Below are positions 18,436-25,100 of a stretch of DNA of 64,000 nt, in pieces (the first letter of the stretch is position 1; each line of letters opens with the position of its first letter). Both the position numbers and the translations under genes were made by a program. The DNA is from a virus (Duplodnaviria; Caudoviricetes): IMG/VR virus record IMGVR_UViG_3300025597_000005, one strand, 5' to 3'. The notes under the pieces were generated by a model. The model was not told the origin of the DNA, ran no database searches, and worked only from the letters and a program-made list of their open reading frames with translations.

Positions 18436-19017
18436 TTAGACCCAGTACAGCTTGGCCTTCTTGGCCGCAGCCGCCTTCTCCACCAGGGCCTTGGCGTCCT
18501 CGAAGCTCAGGCCCTCGGCAACCACCGTTCCGTCGGACTTCTTGCAGACCTTGAACACCGTCTGCTCCACCGGGGCGGCCTCGTTGACCGTCACCGTCTG
18601 GACGGAGGTGTTCTCCTTGACGCCTTCCGACAGCAGCGTGCCGCTGGGGATCGCCGCCGTTTCGGCCTGCATGCGGGCGATGTGCTGCTCGCGCGTCTCG
18701 AACGGAGCGAACACCAGCGCGTCACGCGCCATCGCGGCCTTCTCGGCGTTGCTCTTGCGCCCGCCCTTCTTGTCCTCCGGGCGACCCAGGCCTTCCACCA
18801 GCGTGGGGTTGGCGGTCTTGTAGTCGATGAAGGCCGTGTTGTAGTGCGTCGCCGCGCTGGCCAGGGTGATGCCGAACTCGCTCATCAGCACCGCGATGCA
18901 GTGCTTGCGGAAGGCGGTGTTGGCCTTCTTCATGTCGGTCCCGAACTCGCCGTTGACGCGCTTGGCGTTCTCGGTGGCGAACAGGTTCTTCGCGTAGGGA
19001 CGGATGCCCTTGTCCAT
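18436..19017 (-). CDS. putative DNA-binding protein, paralog of 20963..21412
   Basis: Shared MDKGIRP, KKANT.FRK, FGITLASAATHYN, GLGRPEDKKGGRK; minus-strand element at 19087. Confidence 0.85.
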   Translation of the reverse strand: MDKGIRPYAKNLFATENAKRVNGEFGTDMKKANTAFRKHCIAVLMSEFGITLASAATHYNTAFIDYKTANPTLVEGLGRPEDKKGGRKSNAEKAAMARDALVFAPFETREQHIARMQAETAAIPSGTLLSEGVKENTSVQTVTVNEAAPVEQTVFKVCKKSDGTVVAEGLSFEDAKALVEKAAAAKKAKLYWV

Positions 19018-19199
19018 GTTGCGTTCCTTTCTGTGTACTGCGTTATTGCAGTGTCGTTACTATAGCGCGAAACAGTTCCTGCGTCAACCAATAAAGTGTA
19101 ACAGTTTCTGCCCCGCTTCGCTGCGCGACACACATCGTGCAGCGCATGTTCGTAACTTTAACGCCAGAAACATCCACTGTCTACCATTGTTACACCTCC

Positions 19200-19272
19200 T
19201 TACATCTTGTGGATATGTGGATAACTTTGGACACGGCCAGCCTTGGGGCCACCATCCCCCTCTGTTCGACCC
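19200..19272 (-). ncRNA. candidate small RNA (copy 2)
   Basis: Minus-strand promoter TTGACA(19304-19299)-16-TATAAT(19282-19277); core GGGGA.GGTGGCCCCAAGGCTGG shared with 6064-6086. Confidence 0.4.
19208..19224 (-). promoter_or_regulatory. tandem DnaA-box-like sites
   Basis: TGTGGATAA (19216-19224) is a perfect TTATCCACA; TGTGGATAT (19208-19216) has one mismatch. Confidence 0.45.
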
Positions 19273-19394
19273 CTCCATTATAGCGCAAACAGGATCCTTG
19301 TCAATCCATTGTTACGTCTGTTACAGTGTAACAATGGTTGACGGGTGGAAGAATGCTTGTTATAGTTACGACACTGCAAAACACAGAGGCGTAC

Positions 19395-19622
19395 ATGAAA
19401 CTGCAGGAGTTCATTGAGTTCTGCAAGCCCCTGCCCAATACAATGGATGACAGGGAGAGGGTCTACCTTGTCTACTATGACGACAAGGAGCTCTGCGAGG
19501 AGATCTACGCGGAAGCAGAAGGCAGGCTGGGTGTCAACCTCGAGGAAACCCCTGAGCCCATGCGGGCTTCGCTGGAGGCGATTGGGCTGCACTACGGCGT
19601 GGAGATTCTTGCTGATTGGTGA
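19395..19622 (+). CDS. hypothetical acidic protein
   Basis: Element 19338. Confidence 0.75.
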   Translation: MKLQEFIEFCKPLPNTMDDRERVYLVYYDDKELCEEIYAEAEGRLGVNLEETPEPMRASLEAIGLHYGVEILADW

Positions 19623-19700
19623 GATGTAACGAGTGTAACAGTGGTAGACGAAAGTCTGCCCCTGTTGCATACTACGAACATCGCAGCAAGGAGCAACGAA

Positions 19701-20009
19701 ATGGAACTTCAACTCAACGCATACAGCACCCAAGGGCTCACCCGCTACCCCGCCCGTGGCCTGCTGGTGGGCGAGGCGAGCACGCTGGGCCTGAAGCCCG
19801 GGCATGTGTGGGATAGGCTCTACGACGATGCGTGCGACGAGGGTATCGCGCTTCGCAGCCACAAAACGGGCATGGTGTCAACCTGGCATGTGGTGGAAAC
19901 CATCACGCAGGATGGCGAGGTGCTGGGCTGGATGTTGAAGCCCACAACGGAGTCCGTGTGGCGCATGCCCGAGCTCCGCAACTACCAACTCAACATCGTC
20001 AACGACTGA
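19701..20009 (+). CDS. hypothetical protein
   Basis: Element 19645, AAGGAG. Confidence 0.8.
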   Translation: MELQLNAYSTQGLTRYPARGLLVGEASTLGLKPGHVWDRLYDDACDEGIALRSHKTGMVSTWHVVETITQDGEVLGWMLKPTTESVWRMPELRNYQLNIVND

Positions 20010-20193
20010 AGCAAGGGGCCTAAGCGCCCCTACAAGCGTTCGCGCAGCCATCAGCAGAGTCTAACACAGGCCCTGCTGGTCGCCGCTTGTAGGGCTTCTA
20101 AAACACCGGGCTGTTACATTTGCTTACATCTTGCCCGTTGACGGAATGCTCCAAAGGTCACATAATACAAACATCAACAACACGGAGCGAGAG

Positions 20194-20295
20194 ATGCTGC
20201 TGATCAAGATCCTCCTGGCCTGGTTTGCACTGTCCTGCCTGTTCGCCTGGGGCTGGGCCCGCTTCCAAAAGGGCATCAACCCGAGAGGGGAATGA
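20194..20295 (+). CDS. 33-aa membrane peptide (not in ORF track)
   Basis: Element 20138; MLLIKILLAWFALSCLFAWGWARF. Confidence 0.6.
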   Translation: MLLIKILLAWFALSCLFAWGWARFQKGINPRGE

Positions 20296-20360
20296 TGTAA
20301 CAGTGGTAGACAGGGAGGAAACTCCCTGCTACAGTATAGACACTGCAACAAGGAGTTCAC

Positions 20361-20471
20361 ATGCAACTGATCCACGAAATCATGCCCCTGGTCGGAGTCG
20401 GTGCTACGGGCCTGCTGGCGCTGCTGAGCGTCGCGGTGATGCTGGAGATGGCGCTGGAAGGCTCCAAGTGA
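20361..20471 (+). CDS. 36-aa membrane peptide (not in ORF track)
   Basis: Element 20307, AAGGAG. Confidence 0.6.
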   Translation: MQLIHEIMPLVGVGATGLLALLSVAVMLEMALEGSK

Positions 20472-20599
20472 ACAACAGCAAGCAGATCCGCGAAGAAGCT
20501 GCCCGCCTGCGGGATGAGCTCATCTCCCACCGCGAGTACCTGCGCCTGCTTGCACGCTGCGGCGTGAAGCGTCAGCCCACGCACGGCTGGGTGGCCTGA
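20468..20599 (+). CDS. 43-aa hypothetical protein
   Basis: GTGA overlap with previous gene. Confidence 0.5.
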   Translation: MNNSKQIREEAARLRDELISHREYLRLLARCGVKRQPTHGWVA

Positions 20600-20668
20600 A
20601 AGATGTAACACTGGTAGACGCAGGAAAGTTTCCTGCTATACTAAGAACATCGCAACAAGGAACACGCA

Positions 20669-20872
20669 ATGAGCATCACTGCAAAGACCGACCTCCAGCT
20701 GTTCGAAATGCTCTGGAAGGCCCCGAAGGATGCAACCCTGGGGCAACTCCTGGAGCGCAAGCTGGCGGGCGATGAACTGGTCGCGCGGCACGGCGCCACC
20801 ATGGCCCTGAGCATGTTCGGCGGCTGGTGCATGGCGGTGCAGAAGGATCCCGAGCTGGTCCCGAAGAAGTAA
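20669..20872 (+). CDS. hypothetical protein
   Basis: Element 20615. Confidence 0.75.
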   Translation: MSITAKTDLQLFEMLWKAPKDATLGQLLERKLAGDELVARHGATMALSMFGGWCMAVQKDPELVPKK

Positions 20873-20962
20873 CAAGATGTAATAGCGGTAGACGGAAGAG
20901 TCCCAATCCGCTATTATACAAACACTGCAAACAACGCAGCAACGCAAACAAGGAAGCAGATC

Positions 20963-21412
20963 ATGGACAAAGGAATTCGCCCGTTCGCCCGAAACAAGTT
21001 CGTGGAACTCAACGAACTGCGCCGCAAGGGTGCCGCCCCGTACGACGGCAAGAAGGCCAACACCCTGTTCCGCAAGGACGTGATCGCGTCCCTGATGGAG
21101 GCGTTCGGCATCACGCTGGCGTCCGCTGCAACGCACTACAACGACGCCTTCCGCTTCATCAAGGAGCAGAACGCCGAGCTGGTCAGCGGCCTGGGCCGCC
21201 CGGAGGACAAGAAGGGCGGGCGCAAGAAGAAGGTGGTGGCGGAAGCCGCTCCGGAAGTCACCCGCGAGCAAGTGCTGACCAACATGCTGGCGGCCACGGG
21301 TACGGTGACCCCGGCGCTGCAGGCCGAGGTGGAAGAAGCGCAGCAGGCGGTGGAGCAGACGCTGGAAGCCGCGTGCGGCGAGGCCAAGGCGTTCGAGGAG
21401 GCGCTGGTCTAA
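20963..21412 (+). CDS. putative DNA-binding protein, paralog of 18436..19017
   Basis: Same motifs as the paralog; element 20889. Confidence 0.85.
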   Translation: MDKGIRPFARNKFVELNELRRKGAAPYDGKKANTLFRKDVIASLMEAFGITLASAATHYNDAFRFIKEQNAELVSGLGRPEDKKGGRKKKVVAEAAPEVTREQVLTNMLAATGTVTPALQAEVEEAQQAVEQTLEAACGEAKAFEEALV

Positions 21413-21483
21413 GCAGATGTAACAGTGGTAGACGGGCGGAGCAATCCGCCCTATACTACATTCATCGCAACAAGGAGCGCAAG

Positions 21484-21672
21484 ATGTACACCAAGGACAG
21501 CATCGCCGAGGTACCCACTGGCTGGTCCATCGACATCCTGGACCCGGATGGTGACTCGATCGCGACCCTGGATTTCGTCATGACGAAGGGGCAGCTCTAC
21601 AGCGACTACGTGGAACGCTGCCTGCATGATCGTGCAGATGCCCTCCTGTCCCACCTGAACCGCGGCCTGTAA
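21484..21672 (+). CDS. hypothetical protein
   Basis: Element 21429, AAGGAG; MYTKDSIAEV. Confidence 0.75.
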   Translation: MYTKDSIAEVPTGWSIDILDPDGDSIATLDFVMTKGQLYSDYVERCLHDRADALLSHLNRGL

Positions 21673-21746
21673 CGAAGTGCAACAATGGTAGACAGGGGCT
21701 CCGACCCCTGCTATTATACAAACACTGAAACACAACGGAGCAACAG

Positions 21747-21869
21747 ATGATTTTCGATCAAGCTCAACTCAAGGCCTGGTGGGATCACGTCTTCCGCAGC
21801 GTGGAGCAAGGCTTCCGCCCGCTCACGTTCGACCAGTTCCGCATCCGCACGCTGCTGGTGAAGTTCTGA
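21747..21869 (+). CDS. 40-aa hypothetical protein (not in ORF track)
   Basis: Element 21689, GGAG. Confidence 0.6.
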   Translation: MIFDQAQLKAWWDHVFRSVEQGFRPLTFDQFRIRTLLVKF

Positions 21870-22038
21870 TGCGCTGCGAACTGTAAGCGAAAGCCTGTGC
21901 GCAGGCCGGAGCAGGTGGATTGTGCCACACCTGCCGTAAGAAGTCAATGGGCGTCGCGTAACACTTGCGAGGCGGATAGCGTAACCGTCAGATGTAACAG
22001 AGGTAGACCTGTGGCGTCGGAAGTGCAATAATAGCCAC

Positions 22039-22221
22039 ATGGATGATACAAAAGCACTCAACAAATGGCTTGCGAGCCGAGAACCCCGATGGGCGCTCAA
22101 GCGGTGTCTAAGGGAAGCCCAGGCTCGCTGCAGACAAGAGCTCAAGGAACTCAAGCCCCGAGCAATCCTCACCGGCGAGGTGGTCGCAGCACAGGACGTG
22201 AAGTTTCCCACCTGGAAGTAA
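22039..22221 (+). CDS. hypothetical protein, leaderless
   Basis: TAGACC-17-AATAAT-AGCCAC-ATG. Confidence 0.65.
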   Translation: MDDTKALNKWLASREPRWALKRCLREAQARCRQELKELKPRAILTGEVVAAQDVKFPTWK

Positions 22222-22282
22222 CAGAGGTAGACAGGACACATCCAACGCTGCATAATATACACATAGCAGCAAGGAGCACAAG

Positions 22283-22546
22283 ATGGCAAAGGTCAGCATC
22301 CCGGAGAAGATCAAGAAGGCGTTCGAGGACTACGGGCACTCCTACACGCTGGACCAGGCAGTGGCGGTGCGCGACGAACCCAGCCGTGACTGGTACGCGA
22401 TCCTCTTCAAGGTCGAGGGCGAGCTGTCTGCGGTGGACTTCCAGCGCGACATCAATGGCGACTGGGAAGTCAGCAACGACTACGTCGGCCCCTTCGACTC
22501 CATCAAGGAGTTCAAGGACGAGAAGCTCGTCAGCACCTGGTACTGA
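22283..22546 (+). CDS. hypothetical acidic protein
   Basis: Element 22228. Confidence 0.8.
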   Translation: MAKVSIPEKIKKAFEDYGHSYTLDQAVAVRDEPSRDWYAILFKVEGELSAVDFQRDINGDWEVSNDYVGPFDSIKEFKDEKLVSTWY

Positions 22547-22612
22547 GATGTAACAGTGGTAGACAGGCATCCTGTGATGCCCTATACTACGAACATCAAC
22601 AAGGAGTTCACC

Positions 22613-22963
22613 ATGCACCAACAGATCCGCGGCGTCATCAGCCAACTCAAGTGGTTCCCCGGCCAGGTGGTGCTGGTTGATCTCACCGCGTCGGAGCAGA
22701 GCCCGCTGGGACGGCTCGTGGGGCGGCTGTACTACGACACCGACGCCATGGAGGTGGTTGACAGGGCCTGCCGCACGGGCTATCCGCACAACGGTGGCTT
22801 CCACACCTTCCAGTTCAAGGGCCCGGCCCGGGATGCAGTGGCCATGATGGAACTCTTCAAGGAGACCCTGGAGGATCGTACACGAACTGACGAGGAACGT
22901 CAAGTCTGCAACGAGTTCAGTTACGTCTCGCAGGAGATCCTGGCAGGCCGCCGCAAGGTGTAA
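22613..22963 (+). CDS. hypothetical protein
   Basis: Element 22560, AAGGAG. Confidence 0.8.
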   Translation: MHQQIRGVISQLKWFPGQVVLVDLTASEQSPLGRLVGRLYYDTDAMEVVDRACRTGYPHNGGFHTFQFKGPARDAVAMMELFKETLEDRTRTDEERQVCNEFSYVSQEILAGRRKV

Positions 22964-23025
22964 CAGTGGTAGACACAGGGCTCCGTTGGTCACATAATAA
23001 GAACATGGACAACACGGAGCACACC

Positions 23026-23373
23026 ATGCAAGTCGAGCAAACCGAACTGCAAGAGCTGGAGTCGATCTACTGCGACATGCACAAGGATGTCTACGGCGTC
23101 AAGGCCCGCTGGTACCGTGCAGAGAGCGTGGAGCAAGCCCGCAAGGACATCGACCGCCTGAGCGAAGAGCTCCGCGTGCAGATGGAGCAGGACAAGGTGT
23201 TCCAGCAGGAGGCCATCAAGGCTTTCGAGGAGCTCGCTGCATCCTTCGGCGGCGTGGAGACGGCGAAGCGGTGGCAACACCAGGCCTACGGCACGGACGG
23301 CGATGACGAAGCCCTGGAGTACCGCATGGGCCTCCCGTTCGGTTACTTCAAGGAGCAGGCCGCAACAGTGTAA
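23026..23373 (+). CDS. conserved-type phage hypothetical protein (DMHKDVYGVKAR...EYRMGLPFGYF)
   Basis: Element 22970. Confidence 0.8.
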   Translation: MQVEQTELQELESIYCDMHKDVYGVKARWYRAESVEQARKDIDRLSEELRVQMEQDKVFQQEAIKAFEELAASFGGVETAKRWQHQAYGTDGDDEALEYRMGLPFGYFKEQAATV

Positions 23374-23434
23374 CAGTGGTCGACCAAGGAGGGCTCCTGC
23401 TGCATAATACGAACATCGCAGCAAGGAGCCCAAG

Positions 23435-23566
23435 ATGGAACAGATCAAAGTCCGGGTGTTTGGTCAGTGGCACGATGCGGAGTGGGACGAGGTGACAGGC
23501 CTGGTCTACTTCAATGGCATGCATGCCAGCCTGGAATGCTTCGAGCACTACCTCCGCGTCGTCTAA
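23435..23566 (+). CDS. 43-aa hypothetical protein (not in ORF track)
   Basis: Element 23380, AAGGAG. Confidence 0.65.
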   Translation: MEQIKVRVFGQWHDAEWDEVTGLVYFNGMHASLECFEHYLRVV

Positions 23567-23575
23567 GGAACTACC

Positions 23576-23731
23576 ATGCGTGAACTCCCCATCCACCTCC
23601 TGACCTGCATGCTGCTGGTCACGCCCCCGGGCATCATCCTGTTCATGTGCAAGCTCACCGACGGGGCCATCGAAGGCCCGGGCGAAGTGTACGACACCTT
23701 CTACGACCTGGTCGACTACTGCCTGAGCTGA
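23576..23731 (+). CDS. 51-aa hypothetical protein (not in ORF track)
   Basis: AAGGA RBS. Confidence 0.55.
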   Translation: MRELPIHLLTCMLLVTPPGIILFMCKLTDGAIEGPGEVYDTFYDLVDYCLS

Positions 23732-23733
23732 TC

Positions 23734-23841
23734 ATGGAATTCCACAACGCCTGGTCGCAGGCCCTGCTCGATGAGTATAAGGGTCACAACGGGTCCCTCT
23801 GGGACTTCGCGGAGATGTTCTGCATGGGCCGCGAGATGTAA
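23734..23841 (+). CDS. 35-aa hypothetical protein
   Basis: Stop in TGTAAC. Confidence 0.5.
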   Translation: MEFHNAWSQALLDEYKGHNGSLWDFAEMFCMGREM

Positions 23842-23902
23842 CAGTGGTCGACAGGAGAACTCCTTCTTGCTATAGTAACGACACTGCAACAAGGAGCCCA
23901 AG

Positions 23903-24163
23903 ATGATCGAGCGCAACGTGCATCACCAAGGTCGTACCCCCAGCCGCACCTGCATCGCCGCACCGGAGTTCGACAAGAACAGCGGCAAGTGGTCTGCGTG
24001 CTTCGAGACGTGGCGCGGCATCCCGGGCGACGAGTACAAGGCCTTCACGTGCGGCAGCGCCCCTCTGTTCAGCAGCGAAGCGGAAGCCTATGCCGCAGCA
24101 GACCGTGCGCTGGACACCCTGCAGGCCCTGGATCGGTTCCCCAACATGTGCGAGATGTGGTGA
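23903..24163 (+). CDS. hypothetical protein
   Basis: Element 23848. Confidence 0.8.
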   Translation: MIERNVHHQGRTPSRTCIAAPEFDKNSGKWSACFETWRGIPGDEYKAFTCGSAPLFSSEAEAYAAADRALDTLQALDRFPNMCEMW

Positions 24164-24235
24164 GATGTAACAGTGGTAGACAGCAGGTACCCATCCTGCT
24201 ACTATACAAACACTGCAACACAACGGAGCAACGAA

Positions 24236-24484
24236 ATGCAAGTCGGAACCCTGTTCACCCGCGTCATCCCGCAAGCTCGCAACCGTGGCTTCATGCTCAT
24301 CGCGGGCTTCGAAGCAGCCCTGTCGCAGAAGACGATGGTGCGCTACGTGACGCTCAGCAGCCTGGCCAACGAGGCCATCTCCAAGGCCATGGAGGAAGTC
24401 ACTGCCATGCTGGGCGCCAAGGAAGTCCAGGACGTGACCAAGGCTGATGTGCTGAAGCGCATCGAGAAGGCGAACGCCTTCTAA
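24236..24484 (+). CDS. hypothetical protein
   Basis: Element 24177. Confidence 0.75.
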   Translation: MQVGTLFTRVIPQARNRGFMLIAGFEAALSQKTMVRYVTLSSLANEAISKAMEEVTAMLGAKEVQDVTKADVLKRIEKANAF

Positions 24485-24500
24485 GTAAGGGCACACCAAC

Positions 24501-24668
24501 ATGCAAGCGCAAACCCCAGGGGAGAAGGAGGCCTATCAGAAGGGCGAGGCCATTGGTGCCAAGTCGCCTGACTGCTCAGGCTTCCTGCGGAACCCGTACC
24601 CTGAGAAGACCCGCCTGCACACCCTGTGGGGCCTGGGCTGGTGCAAGGGGTTCAGCGAAGCCCCGTAA
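24501..24668 (+). CDS. Rmf (ribosome modulation factor)-like 55-aa protein (not in ORF track)
   Basis: MQAQTPGEKEAYQKGEAIGAKSPDCSGFLRNPYPEKTRLHTLWGLGWCKGFSEAP has the AY.+G...G / NPY / W..GW pattern. Confidence 0.55.
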   Translation: MQAQTPGEKEAYQKGEAIGAKSPDCSGFLRNPYPEKTRLHTLWGLGWCKGFSEAP

Positions 24669-24854
24669 GGGCCCTACAGCAAGCAAACGGAGAAGCCCTG
24701 CTACCAGAGTAGCGACCCACGGAAGCGACAGCGTACAGGGCTTCTAACCAATGTTCAACCACTCCCCGGAGAGATGTAACAAAATGTAAATGTGCTTGCA
24801 CAGTGAGCTCCATTGCGCTATTATATAGACACTGCAACACAACGAAAGCGCAAC

Positions 24855-25067
24855 ATGAGCAACGTGCAAAGCAAGAAGCAAGAAGCCCTCGCAAAGCTGC
24901 AAGCGGCGCGGGCCCTGCTGGACCAAGTGGGTGCGCTGATGGCGGACGCAACGGAGGTGCTGGAGACGGTGGGGGCATACACGGAGCACGGGGTCACGGA
25001 CGTGTGCGGCGTGGTGCGTGACAGCATTGGTGAGCTGGAGGAACTCGTCAACGACTACGTGAACTAA
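24855..25067 (+). CDS. hypothetical helical protein
   Basis: Element 24796. Confidence 0.75.
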   Translation: MSNVQSKKQEALAKLQAARALLDQVGALMADATEVLETVGAYTEHGVTDVCGVVRDSIGELEELVNDYVN

Positions 25068-25079
25068 CACAGAACACGG

Positions 25080-25100
25080 AGGGGCGCAAGCCCCTTTACA
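25080..25100 (+). terminator. intrinsic terminator
   Basis: AGGGGC-GCAA-GCCCCT-TT. Confidence 0.6.
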
